A model generated the notes under the pieces. The model was given only the letters and a program-made list of their open reading frames with translations. It ran no database searches and was not told the origin of the DNA. Below are positions 1 to 9,656 of a DNA stretch of 64,000 nucleotides, piece by piece. The stretch lies in NCBI GenBank assembly GCA_016223085.1, contig JACRPS010000014.1, positions 73,269-137,268 on the forward strand, given 5' to 3'. The translations under genes were made by a program, and so were the position numbers. The stretch comes from Chloroflexota bacterium. Its GTDB lineage: Bacteria > Chloroflexota > Anaerolineae > Aggregatilineales > Phototrophicaceae. Each line of letters opens with the position of its first letter. Position 1 is the first letter of the stretch.

Positions 1-428
1 AGATTATGGCGGCGAATTTTGTCAGCGACCAGCGCCTCCAGGCCATCTGTCCCGACCGTTTCCGACTTCAGTTCGACATTGATAATCAGTCGTTGGCCGA
101 CGGCCTCAAACACCTCATCCAGTGTGGGAATGCGCGTGCGGGCGAACTGTGGGCCAAACCAGCTTCCGGCATCCAGTTCGTGGAGCTGGGCGGTGGTCAT
201 CTGCTGGACGAGGCCGGTGCCGTCGGTGGTTTTGTCCACCACCGCATCATGAACAATGACGATTTCGCCGTCTTTCGTCCGCCACACATCCAGTTCAATA
301 CCATCCGCGCCCTGCCTGGCAGCCAGTTCAAAAGCGGGCAGGGTGTTCATCGGCGCGTCGGCACTGGCGCCCCGGTGGCCGAATACGAGGGTACGCCCGT
401 GATAGAGTTCATCCAGCAGGGTTTGCAT
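1..428 (-). CDS. Glycerophosphodiester phosphodiesterase (GDPD family), runs off the window start
   Basis: Not in the ORF track. Manual translation from ATG at 428: MQTLLDELYHGRTLVFGHRGASADAPMNTLPAFELAARQGADGIELDVWRTKDGEIVIVHD, containing the GHRG and E-x-D...HD catalytic motifs of GDPD. Confidence 0.88.
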   Translation of the reverse strand, partial: MQTLLDELYHGRTLVFGHRGASADAPMNTLPAFELAARQGADGIELDVWRTKDGEIVIVHDAVVDKTTDGTGLVQQMTTAQLHELDAGSWFGPQFARTRIPTLDEVFEAVGQRLIINVELKSETVGTDGLEALVADKIRRHN

Positions 429-445
429 GGGGTTATCCGGTGATG

Positions 446-477
446 AAAATAAAAATGCCCATCTCACGACGGGCATT
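446..477 (-). terminator. Intrinsic terminator ending the suf operon
   Basis: Minus strand AATGCCC-GTCGTGAGAT-GGGCATT followed by TTTTATTTT, just after the Rieske ferredoxin stop. Confidence 0.65.
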
Positions 478-500
478 ATCGCTCACAATTGTCGGCTCGT

Positions 501-821
501 CTAGCGCCGCGCGACCTGAATTTCATTCCCCACCACACGCACTGCGTAGGTGGGTACATCCACCAGGGCAGGGGGGGCGGTGACTTTGCCGGTGCGGATG
601 TCAAAGCGCGCGCCGTGACGCGGGCATTCGATTTCGCAGCCGTATAGTTCGCCTTCGGCCAGCGGGCCATCATCGTGTGTACACCGGTCTTCAATCGCGT
701 AATACTGGCCGTCCACGTTAAAAATCGCCACCCAGCGCCGACCGATCTCCGCCACCAGCCGTTCGCCCGGCTGGATTTCGTCGGCGGTGGCGACCGTGAT
801 AAATTCAACGGATGTTGTCAT
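501..821 (-). CDS. Rieske-type [2Fe-2S] ferredoxin associated with SUF
   Basis: CTH...CPRH Rieske ligands (DRCTHDDGPL, ECPRHGARFD); last gene of the suf operon. Confidence 0.92.
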   Translation of the reverse strand: MTTSVEFITVATADEIQPGERLVAEIGRRWVAIFNVDGQYYAIEDRCTHDDGPLAEGELYGCEIECPRHGARFDIRTGKVTAPPALVDVPTYAVRVVGNEIQVARR

Positions 822-824
822 GAG

Positions 825-1226
825 CTACTCGTCTTCCTCGTCGTGTTTTTCCCATTCATCCAGGCCGTATAGCCCGATCATCAGCGTTTTGAGCGACAGC
901 AGGGCGCATTTCATACGGTTGATCGTCAACGGGAAGCCGATGAGTTCCAGCACGTCATCGCGCTTTAGTTGGCGCACTTCGTCCACCGTCCTGCCGATGA
1001 TTTCTTCTGCCAGCATCGAGGCGGTTGCCTGGCTGATGGCGCAGCCCTCGCCATCCCACGCAATTTCTTTAATGCGATTGTTCTCGTCCAGCCGCAGCGT
1101 CAGGTGCAGCCGGTCGCCGCACAGCGGATTATGTTCCTCGTGATCCACGTCAGCCGGGGATAACACGCCCGGATAGCGCGGGTTCTGGGCATGGTCAAGG
1201 ATATTTTCACGGTACATGTCGTACAT
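825..1226 (-). CDS. sufU: SUF system NifU-family scaffold / sulfur acceptor
   Basis: NPLCGD, GCAISQATAS and RMKCA motifs; directly after sufS. Confidence 0.92.
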   Translation of the reverse strand: MYDMYRENILDHAQNPRYPGVLSPADVDHEEHNPLCGDRLHLTLRLDENNRIKEIAWDGEGCAISQATASMLAEEIIGRTVDEVRQLKRDDVLELIGFPLTINRMKCALLSLKTLMIGLYGLDEWEKHDEEDE

Positions 1227-1241
1227 GATTGCGGTTCCCGT

Positions 1242-2492
1242 CTAGCGGTAAAAAGCCTTGCGGGCTTTATACAACGCTTCCACCAGCGCGTCAACCTCAG
1301 ACAGGCGGTTATACAGGTAGAAGCTGGCGCGGGTCGAGGCCGCCAGTCCCAGGTAATGGTGCAGCGGCATGGCACAGTGATGCCCGGCGCGCACGGCGAT
1401 TCCCTCAGCGTCCAGCATTTGTGCCAGATCGTGCGGGTGAATGCCGGCAAAGGTGAAAGCGGCGACCGCGCCCTTCTGCGACACGTCCGGGCCGTACACA
1501 GTTAAATCCGGCACCTCAGCCAGCCGTTCCAGCGCGTATTCGGTGACAGCACATTCATGGGCGTGGACGGTTTCCATACCAATGTTCATCAGGTAATCCA
1601 CTGCGCAGCCCAGGCCAATCGCTTCGGCAATGGAAGGTGTCCCGGCCTCGAACTTATACGGCAGTTCGTTCCAGGTGCTGCCCTCCAGCCGCACGCTGGC
1701 GATCATGTCGCCGCCACCCATCCAAGGGGGCATGGCCTCCAGCAGGGCGCGCTTGCCATACAGCACGCCGATGCCGGTTGGCCCCAGCATCTTGTGACCG
1801 CTAAAGGCGAAGAAATCGGCGTCAAGCGCCTGCACGTCTACCGGCATATGGGGCGTGCTTTGGGCGCCGTCCACCAGAATCAGCGCGCCGGCGGCATGTG
1901 CCTGCCGCGCCATGTCCGCCACAGGGTTAATCGTGCCCAACACGTTCGACACGTGCATGACTGTCACCAGTTTCACGCCGCCCTCATCCAGCAGGCGGGT
2001 ATAGGCGTCCATGTCCAGCGTGCCATCTTCATGCAGCGGGATATACTTGATCGTAAAGCCCTTTTCGGCAGCCAGGATTTGCCAGGGCACGATATTGGAG
2101 TGGTGTTCCATCACCGTCGAAAGCACCACGTCGCCGGGTTTCAGGTTGGCGCGGCCCCACGTCTGCGCGACCAGATTGATGCTCTCGGTTGTGCCACGTG
2201 TGTAGACGATCTCGCGCTTGCTGGCCGCATTGATAAACTTGCGGATTTTCACGCGCGCGCCTTCATAAGCGGCGGTAGCCTGTTCGCTCAGTTTGTGGAT
2301 GCCACGATGCACGTTGGCATTGTATCGGCGGTAATAATCGTCCATCGCCTCGATCACCTGGCGCGGCTTCTGGCTGGAAGCGGCGTTGTCCAGGTACACC
2401 AGCGGCACGCCGGGATGATGTTCCTGATTCAGGATGGGGAAGTCAGCACGTACCGTTTCAACAAAATAGGTACGTTCGAGGGAATGTTCCAT
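1242..2492 (-). CDS. sufS: Cysteine desulfurase, SufS type
   Basis: YLDNAASSQKP, FSGHKM (PLP lysine), RAGHHCA (class II catalytic Cys). Start placed at ATG 2492; the ORF track extends to 2546. Confidence 0.95.
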   Translation of the reverse strand: MEHSLERTYFVETVRADFPILNQEHHPGVPLVYLDNAASSQKPRQVIEAMDDYYRRYNANVHRGIHKLSEQATAAYEGARVKIRKFINAASKREIVYTRGTTESINLVAQTWGRANLKPGDVVLSTVMEHHSNIVPWQILAAEKGFTIKYIPLHEDGTLDMDAYTRLLDEGGVKLVTVMHVSNVLGTINPVADMARQAHAAGALILVDGAQSTPHMPVDVQALDADFFAFSGHKMLGPTGIGVLYGKRALLEAMPPWMGGGDMIASVRLEGSTWNELPYKFEAGTPSIAEAIGLGCAVDYLMNIGMETVHAHECAVTEYALERLAEVPDLTVYGPDVSQKGAVAAFTFAGIHPHDLAQMLDAEGIAVRAGHHCAMPLHHYLGLAASTRASFYLYNRLSEVDALVEALYKARKAFYR

Positions 2493-2532
2493 GATGCTAT
2501 TCCTTGCCGGGCAGCCCCGGCAGTTTGATTCA

Positions 2533-2567
2533 TAAAAAGGGCGCACCCCGGTGAAAAAGCGCGCCCT
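2533..2567 (-). terminator. Terminator-like hairpin between sufD and sufS
   Basis: Minus strand AGGGCGC...GCGCCCT stem followed by TTTTAT; the loop is long. Confidence 0.4.
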
Positions 2568-2572
2568 GCCTG

Positions 2573-3919
2573 TTACTTGCCGGTGATCTTCGCTTCCATT
2601 GCGGCTTGCAGCCGTTCGCGCACCCGTTCAAATGGGATGCGCTGTAAGAGTTCGTCGAAGAACCCTTCGATCACCATTAATTCGGCGGTGGGGCGTTCGA
2701 TGCCCCGGCTCATCAGGTAAAAGACGGGTTCTTCTTCCAGCGTGCCGAAGGTCGCAGCGTGTGAACAGGCCACATCGTCGGCTTCGATCTCCAGCCCTGG
2801 AATCCCATCCATCCGGGCATCCTCGCTTAAGACCAAGTTTCGGCTGGCCTGGAAGCCGTCAATCTTCTGCATCTTCGGCAGCGATTTAATCATGCCCTGC
2901 CATACGGTACGGGCGGAGTCCTTGGCCGCGCCCTTAAACAGCAGGTCAGACGTGGTCAGCGGCGCGTTGTGGTTCTGCTGCGTGTCGTGGTCAAACAATT
3001 GCTCGCCATCGGCGAAGAAAAAGCCGGACATACGGCCATTAGCACCCAGGCCATCCAGTTCCAGTTCCATGTACGCTTTCACCAGCCGACCGCCCATCGT
3101 GCCGTGAATCCAGTCAAGGTTGGCGTTCCGGCCCACGCGGGCACGCTGGTAGCTGAACTCATACGTCTGACGATTCCAGTCCTGCAAACTGACGTATTGC
3201 AGATGGGCGGCGTCGCCCACCAGCAGTTCGGTCGCGCCGATGTAGGCGGAGTGTTCGTCTGCCGGCGTCGAGGCATAATCCACCAGCAGCGTCGCCTGCG
3301 AATTTTCTTCCAGCACCACCAGCACATGGCCCATGCTCGCGCCGGGATGGGTATTGTACATCACCACGTGGAAGGGGAGTTCGGCGACTTTGCCGCGTGG
3401 CACGTACAGGAACACCCCATGCGTCCACAAAGCAGCGTGAAGCGCGGCGAATTTGCCTTCGCCCGGCACTACCGCTTTGGTCATCAGATTCGGGCGTACC
3501 AGATGCTCGTAATCCTGGCAGGCCGTCCGCAGGTCGGTGAAGATGATGCCGTGCTGTACCAGTTCGTCGGCGATCTCGTATTGGACGATTTTGCCATCCA
3601 CAAACGTCAGCAGGCCGCCCTGCTGATCGCCGATCAACGGTTCACGGTTGTAGGCCGGGACCGTATCGCGGGTCGCGCCGTTCGGCGTGGCGATGCGGCT
3701 AGCCTGGTCCCAACGGATGTGCCGGTAATCAGTACGACGCCACTCCTCATCCTGGAGGGATGGCATCGGCATATCTTCATACAGCTCCCAGGCGGCGAGG
3801 CGGCTTTCCAGCAGCCACGCCGGTTCGTCATTCGCCGCGCTCAACTGGCGCACATCGGCCTCTGTATACGTCGGGACAGCAGGCACGCTGGAACGACGGC
3901 GTCCTTTTACGACAACCAC
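2573..3919 (-). CDS. sufD: Fe-S cluster assembly protein SufD
   Basis: EEWRRTD N-terminal motif, PGLEIEADDVACSHAATFG...FYLMSRGI C-terminus. GTG start at 3919 behind a GGAGG RBS. Confidence 0.93.
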   Translation of the reverse strand: MVVVKGRRRSSVPAVPTYTEADVRQLSAANDEPAWLLESRLAAWELYEDMPMPSLQDEEWRRTDYRHIRWDQASRIATPNGATRDTVPAYNREPLIGDQQGGLLTFVDGKIVQYEIADELVQHGIIFTDLRTACQDYEHLVRPNLMTKAVVPGEGKFAALHAALWTHGVFLYVPRGKVAELPFHVVMYNTHPGASMGHVLVVLEENSQATLLVDYASTPADEHSAYIGATELLVGDAAHLQYVSLQDWNRQTYEFSYQRARVGRNANLDWIHGTMGGRLVKAYMELELDGLGANGRMSGFFFADGEQLFDHDTQQNHNAPLTTSDLLFKGAAKDSARTVWQGMIKSLPKMQKIDGFQASRNLVLSEDARMDGIPGLEIEADDVACSHAATFGTLEEEPVFYLMSRGIERPTAELMVIEGFFDELLQRIPFERVRERLQAAMEAKITGK

Positions 3920-3960
3920 AGTTAATCTTCCTCCGGTATCAGATAGTCCTTTACGGCGGG

Positions 3961-3988
3961 GTAGGGACACGGCATGCCGTGTCCCTAC
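3961..3988. repeat. GTAG-type REP-like palindrome, copy 1
   Basis: GTAGGGACACGGCATGCCGTGTCCCTAC, a perfect 28-bp palindrome between sufB and sufD. Confidence 0.85.
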
Positions 3989-3996
3989 TACAGCGT

Positions 3997-5454
3997 TTAG
4001 CCAATCGTGCCTTCAAGCTGGATTTGAATCAAGCGGTTCAGTTCCAGCGCATATTCCATTGGCAGTTCCTTCACCAGCGGTTCGATGAAGCCGTTGACGA
4101 TCATGGCGTTGGCCTCGTCCTCGTTCAGACCGCGACTCATCAGATAGAAAAGCTGGTCTTCACCGATCCGGCTGACCGATGCTTCGTGCCCCATCGTGAC
4201 GTTTTTGGCGTCAACCTCGATGGACGGATATGTATCCGACCGGCTCCGGTCATCCAGCAGCAGCGCGTCGCAGACGACGTTGCTCTTGACGTTATCCGCG
4301 CCTTCAACGATCTTTAGCAGGCCGCGATAGCTGGCGCGCCCGCCGTCCTTGCTGATGGACTTGCTGATGATCTGGCTGGACGTGTTCGGCGCCAGGTGCG
4401 TGATCTTGCCACCCGCGTCCTGATGCTGGCCACGCCCGGCAAAGGCGATGGACAGCACTTCGCCGTGCGCGCCTTCGCCGGCAAGGATAACCGCCGGGTA
4501 CTTCATCGTGACCTTGCTGCCCAGATTGCCGTCCACCCATTCCATCGTGGCGTTTTTATGGGCAACCGCGCGCTTGGTTACAAGGTTGTACACGTTATTC
4601 GACCAGTTCTGAATCGTCGTGTAACGGCAGCGCCCGCCTTCCTTAATGATGATCTCAACGACGGCGCTATGTAGGCTGTCAGAACTATAAATAGGTGCTG
4701 TACAGCCTTCCACGTAATGCACATACGCACCTTCATCCACAATGATGAGCGTGCGCTCGAACTGACCCATGTTCTGCGTATTGATACGGAAATACGCCTG
4801 TAGCGGCATTTCGACATGCACGCCCGGCGGCACGTAGATGAACGAGCCGCCCGACCAAACGGCGGTATTCAGCGCGGCGAACTTGTTATCCGATGACGGA
4901 ATGACCGTGCCAAAATACTCGCGTACCAGGTCTGGGTGTTCGCGCAGGCCGGAGTCCATATCCAGGAAGATGACCCCTTTGGCTTCCAGGTCTTTACGGA
5001 TGTTGTGGTAAACCGACTCCGAGTCGTACTGGGCACTGACACCTTGCAGGTACTTCTGCTCGGCTTCCGGAATACCAAGTCGGTTGAACGTCCGCTTGAT
5101 TTCTTCCGGCACCTCGTCCCAGCTACGGCCTTTTTCGTCCGTGGCACGGACGTAGTAGTAGATATCGTCGAAGTTAATGCTGCTGAGGTCGGCGCCCCAG
5201 GTCGGCATCGGTTTGCTGACGAAGATGTCGTAAGCCTTCAGCCGGATGTCAGTCATCCACTGCGGCTCGCCCTTCATCTCGCTGATCTGGCGCACAATGT
5301 CAGCGTTCAGCCCTTTCTGGCTCTTGTAGGCATACTGCACGTCCGAATCGTGGAAGCCGTAGGTTTCTTCGTAGGAGGCCCGCAGGTCTTTCAGGGCGGA
5401 CTCGTCCTGCGTCAGTTGCTTTTCACTTTTCACTTCATCATGGAAGTCAACCAT
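3997..5454 (-). CDS. sufB: Fe-S cluster assembly protein SufB
   Basis: [35 protein letters not shown]...FYLMSRG motifs. Confidence 0.97.
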   Translation of the reverse strand: MVDFHDEVKSEKQLTQDESALKDLRASYEETYGFHDSDVQYAYKSQKGLNADIVRQISEMKGEPQWMTDIRLKAYDIFVSKPMPTWGADLSSINFDDIYYYVRATDEKGRSWDEVPEEIKRTFNRLGIPEAEQKYLQGVSAQYDSESVYHNIRKDLEAKGVIFLDMDSGLREHPDLVREYFGTVIPSSDNKFAALNTAVWSGGSFIYVPPGVHVEMPLQAYFRINTQNMGQFERTLIIVDEGAYVHYVEGCTAPIYSSDSLHSAVVEIIIKEGGRCRYTTIQNWSNNVYNLVTKRAVAHKNATMEWVDGNLGSKVTMKYPAVILAGEGAHGEVLSIAFAGRGQHQDAGGKITHLAPNTSSQIISKSISKDGGRASYRGLLKIVEGADNVKSNVVCDALLLDDRSRSDTYPSIEVDAKNVTMGHEASVSRIGEDQLFYLMSRGLNEDEANAMIVNGFIEPLVKELPMEYALELNRLIQIQLEGTIG

Positions 5455-5466
5455 GCTGTACTCCTG

Positions 5467-6240
5467 TTACTCCGTCGTGCTGTACTTTTCCCGAATCCAG
5501 TCGTAGCCGCGTTCTTCCAGATGCAGCGCCAGTTCCGGGCCGCCGCTTTCCACGATCTGGCCGTTCATCATGACATGCACAAACTGTGGCTGGATGTAGT
5601 TCAGAATGCGCTGGTAGTGGGTGATGACCAGCGCGCCCAGGTTCGGGCCGCGCAGCTTATTGACGCCTTCTGAAACGATGCGCAGCGCATCAATGTCCAG
5701 ACCAGAGTCAGTTTCGTCGAGGATGGCGATACGCGGTTCGAGCGTTGCCATCTGCAAAATCTCAGCGCGTTTCTTTTCGCCACCGCTAAAACCTTCGTTC
5801 AGGTAACGCCCGGCGAAGCTATGATCCATCTGGAGCAGGTCCATCTTGGACTTCAGCAGGCGACGGAATTCGGGGATCGAGATGCCCTTGCTGTCCGGGT
5901 CTTTGGCTTTCATCCGCGCGGTAATCGCCTGCCGCAGGAAGTTTGCCAACGTGACGCCGGGGATGGATACCGGATATTGGAACGCCAGGAACAGGCCGGC
6001 GCGGCTGCGTTCATCCGGTGTCATTTCCAGCAGGTCTTCGCCGTCAAAAATGATCTGGCCGCCCGTCACCTGATAAGCCGGGTGGCCGAGCAGAACGTTT
6101 GCCAGCGTGCTTTTGCCAGAGCCATTCGGCCCCATCAGGGCATGAACTTCACCCTGCTTGACGGTCAGGTTAACACCACGCAGGATTGGCTTGTCTTCGA
6201 CCGAAGCGTGTAGATTGCGGATTTCCAGTGCAGCGCCCAT
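5467..6240 (-). CDS. sufC: Fe-S cluster assembly ATPase SufC
   Basis: GPNGSGKST Walker [12 protein letters not shown] signature, [13 protein letters not shown]. Second ATG (6240) fits AGGAGG spacing. Confidence 0.97.
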   Translation of the reverse strand: MGAALEIRNLHASVEDKPILRGVNLTVKQGEVHALMGPNGSGKSTLANVLLGHPAYQVTGGQIIFDGEDLLEMTPDERSRAGLFLAFQYPVSIPGVTLANFLRQAITARMKAKDPDSKGISIPEFRRLLKSKMDLLQMDHSFAGRYLNEGFSGGEKKRAEILQMATLEPRIAILDETDSGLDIDALRIVSEGVNKLRGPNLGALVITHYQRILNYIQPQFVHVMMNGQIVESGGPELALHLEERGYDWIREKYSTTE

Positions 6241-6307
6241 GCGGGGCATCCTCCTATTTTTACGTCGGGTTAAATTATGATCGTACCCAGGGGTTTAAAC
6301 TGCGTCC

Positions 6308-6337
6308 AGTATAACAAAGCCGGGTAGCAGCTGTCAA
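6308..6337 (-). promoter_or_regulatory. Sigma70-type promoter of sufCBDSU-fdx
   Basis: Minus strand TTGACA-N18-TATACT with a TG extended -10. Confidence 0.7.
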
Positions 6338-6433
6338 TATTGCTAATTAATATTAGAAAAATCCTCACAGATTCATCATGTTACGGAATTCACAAGCAAA
6401 ATTTTAGTCCGGTTAAATTGACTTTTTCGGAAT

Positions 6434-6452
6434 AATAATGATAATCTCATTC
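6434..6452. promoter_or_regulatory. Fur-box-like operator
   Basis: AATAATGATAATCTCATTC matches 14/19 positions of GATAATGATAATCATTATC; sits in the sufC/sufT divergent region. Confidence 0.45.
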
Positions 6453-6459
6453 ATAAAAA

Positions 6460-6489
6460 TTGACTTGCTCCGGCAGAGTATGTTACGAT
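6460..6489 (+). promoter_or_regulatory. Sigma70-type promoter of sufT
   Basis: TTGACT-N18-TACGAT with TG extension, 35 nt upstream of the start codon. Confidence 0.55.
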
Positions 6490-6523
6490 ACCGAGGTACT
6501 GTTTTCCAGACAGAGAGAGAACC

Positions 6524-6832
6524 ATGACGGAACAAACGCAAGTCACTGAAGAAGGGCTACGCGAAGCCCTGCGCGATGTGGTTGACCCGGAAATCGGCCT
6601 GAACGTCATCGAACTGGGCCTGATTCGAGACATCAATATTGAGGAAGATCGTGCCCATCTGACGATGATTATGACGACGCCGTTCTGCCCCTATGCGCCG
6701 CAACTGCTGGAGCAGACACGCCGGACGGCGCAAAACTATCTGCGCCGACCGACTACCATTGAGATGGGGCTGGAGATGTGGGACCCCAGCATGATGGAAG
6801 AAGGCGCGGCGGACGACTGGGGGCTGTTTTAG
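6524..6832 (+). CDS. sufT: DUF59 / SufT-family metal-sulfur cluster assembly factor
   Basis: VVDPEIGLNVIELGLI, MTTPFCP and WDPSMM motifs; divergent from sufC. Confidence 0.88.
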   Translation: MTEQTQVTEEGLREALRDVVDPEIGLNVIELGLIRDINIEEDRAHLTMIMTTPFCPYAPQLLEQTRRTAQNYLRRPTTIEMGLEMWDPSMMEEGAADDWGLF

Positions 6833-6946
6833 TTCCGACTTCGCAGTGGTCAATTCCCAGTAAATTCAGAAGCTGAAGCGTAATGATGTGCTTATCGGGG
6901 TGGGCCGCCGTGCGCTCCGACACGTTAGAGGCCGGAAACAGATAGG

Positions 6947-6975
6947 GTAGGGGCGACCACACAGGTCGCCCCTAC
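6947..6975. repeat. GTAG-type REP-like palindrome, copy 2
   Basis: GTAGGGGCGACC-ACACA-GGTCGCCCCTAC between convergent genes. Confidence 0.85.
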
Positions 6976-6985
6976 GGATTCTGAA

Positions 6986-9076
6986 TCACGTGCGCGGGCG
7001 GTTGTTGTTGATGAACTCCTGTGGGTTCAGGTAGTTCGCCAGCAGGACCTGGAGATTCTTGCCCGGCCAGTGCGCCGGGTTGCGCTCCAGGATGTTGGTG
7101 AAGCTCAGATCGAAATGCAGGTGATAGGCGTAGCGGCCAAAGGCGTTGCCAACTTTGGAAATCGGCTGGCCGCGCCGCACGCGCTCACCGACCTTCACCG
7201 CAATCTCCTCCACGTGGGCGTAGCGCCCATACAGCACCATGCCGGTGGATGCCAGCGGGTCGTGTTTGATGATGATGACATTGCCCCACGTCGGCAGCCG
7301 CCCGGCGAACGTGACCACGCCACTGGCCGCCGCGTACACAATCGAGTGTGCGTCGGCGTCGCGGGGGAGGTTGAGGTCCGCGCCGGTGTGATAGGCTTCC
7401 TGCGGCGTGCCGACAAAATACAGCTTGGCAAACGGGCTAGCGTCGTACCACTGGCCCGGCCACACTTTCGTCGAGCGTCGTTCGGCGTCGGTGCCAACCG
7501 GCACATCGTAACCATCGGCCTTGTACGGCTGACCGCTGTCCACCACCTGCCGCCAGCGAATCGCGTCGAAGCCGATTTCCAGGCCGGTTTCGCCGGTCAG
7601 GTCGTTCAGGAAGATCGTGCCAGCGTTGGTCGTCGCTTTGTCCAGTTCGTACACGCCCAGCGGCACCCATTGATTGTCGTAGCGGCTCTGGTCTACGCTG
7701 ACGATGATTTCGCCGGCGGAACCCTTCACGTTGTTGATTTTGTAGCGGGCGTTGCGGCTTGTGCCGTGACGGGCGGCGACAAAGACTGAAATTTCGTATT
7801 TGCCGGACTGCCGAATGGCCGGCGTCCAGCGTGCCCAGACCTTGCTGGTGGTCGGTTCGGTCGCCTTGTAATAAACGGTCCAGCCCCACGTGCCCTGAAA
7901 ACTCTTAAATTCGTCCTGCCCGGTATACGTGCCCTTGGCAAAACCGGCATCATTCGGTTTAACGATGATCTCGTCGCCAATGCCGGGGCTGGGGTCAACC
8001 GGAGGGGGCGGTTGGCCGGGCTTAATCGGCTGGTTGATGACACGCCAGCCGGCGGGCGTAATGGTGCCCAGCCGCCACCAGCTTAAGCCGGGCGCCTGGT
8101 GCCGCTGCGTCGCCAGCGTGATGGCTGTGTTCATCTCGTCGGGCGGCGCATCGGCATCGAGAATCGGGATAATCGGCCTGCCGTAGCTGCCCCAAACTTC
8201 GTAAGTTTCCCGCAGCACTTCTTCCGGGTCGCGCTGGAAGGTGGCCCAGTAAGCCATCGGATGAACGCTATTGATGAACGGATACCATTCCTGTGGGAAG
8301 ATCGTGGCGTAATGGTGGCGGCGCGGGTCAACTCCCATGCCGATGTGGAACGAACCCGGCAGGGCGCGGCGCAGCTTGGTCATAAACGGGCGCACGCCGG
8401 CCTGTCCGCCCTGCCAGAAGCCGGCATACGGCTCAACATCGAGAATCAGCGATTTAACACCGGGGCGGGTGCAGGCCTGGATCAGGATATTCACTTCGGC
8501 ATCGGTATGTGACCCTTTGGGCACCGACCAGGCATGGAATTCCATCCCGTTGGCCTGGAGCACCTGTACCCAGCGGTCAATGCTCTGCGGGCCGTCTATC
8601 GCCAGGCTGCGCTTGGTATCCCAGTAGCCCTGCCACTGAGCGCCATCGCGGGGGGTGGCGTCGCTGATTTTCACCCACAACTGGGTGACATGCGGCGCGA
8701 CCTGCCGGATGCTGCGCACCACCTCTTCGATGGAGTTCTGCGGCAGGACATCGCCCTTCCAGTGCCAGATGCCAATTTTGCCATCATAGGGGGTAGGCTG
8801 GGCGGGTGGCGGCGGCGCGGTAATATTTTCAAAGCTGATTACGCCGGTCGAAACCCAGCCGCCGGTGCCGTACTGCTCCACCCATACCCATCCGCTGCTG
8901 GTGCGTGTGGCCGGGTAATACACTACAATGGTGTTGTTGCGAATGTCGCCAATGTCCTTGTAGTTGGTGCCTGGCCCGTTACGCAGGTTGACGTAAGCGC
9001 CGGTGGTCTTTGCCAGCGCCGTTTGCCCCACGCCGGGTGACGGCGGCTTGGGAACGGGTGAGGGGAATTGACTCAT
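6986..9076 (-). CDS. Multidomain cell-wall hydrolase: SH3b + glycoside hydrolase-like barrel + Golvesin/Xly-like module + M23 peptidase
   Basis: VNLRNGPGTNY (SH3b); LILDVEPY in a beta/alpha region; WARWTP...GKYEISVF...VDQSRYDNQWVPLGVY; HTGADLN and HLHF M23 zinc motifs. The two middle domain calls are less certain. Confidence 0.7.
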   Translation of the reverse strand: MSQFPSPVPKPPSPGVGQTALAKTTGAYVNLRNGPGTNYKDIGDIRNNTIVVYYPATRTSSGWVWVEQYGTGGWVSTGVISFENITAPPPPAQPTPYDGKIGIWHWKGDVLPQNSIEEVVRSIRQVAPHVTQLWVKISDATPRDGAQWQGYWDTKRSLAIDGPQSIDRWVQVLQANGMEFHAWSVPKGSHTDAEVNILIQACTRPGVKSLILDVEPYAGFWQGGQAGVRPFMTKLRRALPGSFHIGMGVDPRRHHYATIFPQEWYPFINSVHPMAYWATFQRDPEEVLRETYEVWGSYGRPIIPILDADAPPDEMNTAITLATQRHQAPGLSWWRLGTITPAGWRVINQPIKPGQPPPPVDPSPGIGDEIIVKPNDAGFAKGTYTGQDEFKSFQGTWGWTVYYKATEPTTSKVWARWTPAIRQSGKYEISVFVAARHGTSRNARYKINNVKGSAGEIIVSVDQSRYDNQWVPLGVYELDKATTNAGTIFLNDLTGETGLEIGFDAIRWRQVVDSGQPYKADGYDVPVGTDAERRSTKVWPGQWYDASPFAKLYFVGTPQEAYHTGADLNLPRDADAHSIVYAAASGVVTFAGRLPTWGNVIIIKHDPLASTGMVLYGRYAHVEEIAVKVGERVRRGQPISKVGNAFGRYAYHLHFDLSFTNILERNPAHWPGKNLQVLLANYLNPQEFINNNRPRT

Positions 9077-9203
9077 AGCAGTCCCTTTCAGCAAGGCAAA
9101 CCATTATCTAACGCAAACACCGAGGATACTAATACAGTTTGGGCTGGGATGCAAAACGAGACAGCCCGCGCTGTCTCGTCAACCTGTTCTGGTGTCAGGG
9201 GCA

Positions 9204-9632
9204 TCATGCGGGGGGCGGATTCGGTTTGTTCTGGAGGCTCTGGGGTGCTAACGCGCCGTCGAGCGCGCTCCACAGTCGTTCCGCTTCAGCCTTGTCGAGT
9301 GTCAAGCCCCAGGTATAGCTGCCAATCCAGCCGGTGACTTCGTAATTGCCATCGTCGCTTTTGTCTACGGTGGTGTGGGTGGTAATGGTGGGCAGATCGG
9401 CGCTGCGCAACGGGGCAGTAGTAATCAGCGCGTTCACTTTGTCCGACCGTTCCGGATACAGCAGTTGCGTCAGGTTAAACCACAGCATCTGCGCGGCACG
9501 CTGTGACAGTACCCGCGTCCACCGGGACGAATCTTCGGCCATGCCGCCCACAACGATGGAGTCGCCGCTGGCCTTGCGTGAGACAAACAGGTTTTTTGCC
9601 TGTCCGTATGACTGTCCGGGTCGCTGTGCCAT
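9204..9632 (-). CDS. Hypothetical protein with an internal two-fold repeat
   Basis: GAGG/AAGGA RBS before ATG 9632; two alignable halves (V.K...G...V.G...S..W...L....A..LW..L). Confidence 0.65.
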   Translation of the reverse strand: MAQRPGQSYGQAKNLFVSRKASGDSIVVGGMAEDSSRWTRVLSQRAAQMLWFNLTQLLYPERSDKVNALITTAPLRSADLPTITTHTTVDKSDDGNYEVTGWIGSYTWGLTLDKAEAERLWSALDGALAPQSLQNKPNPPPA

Positions 9633-9656
9633 GTCCTTACCTCGTGTTTCTACCAC

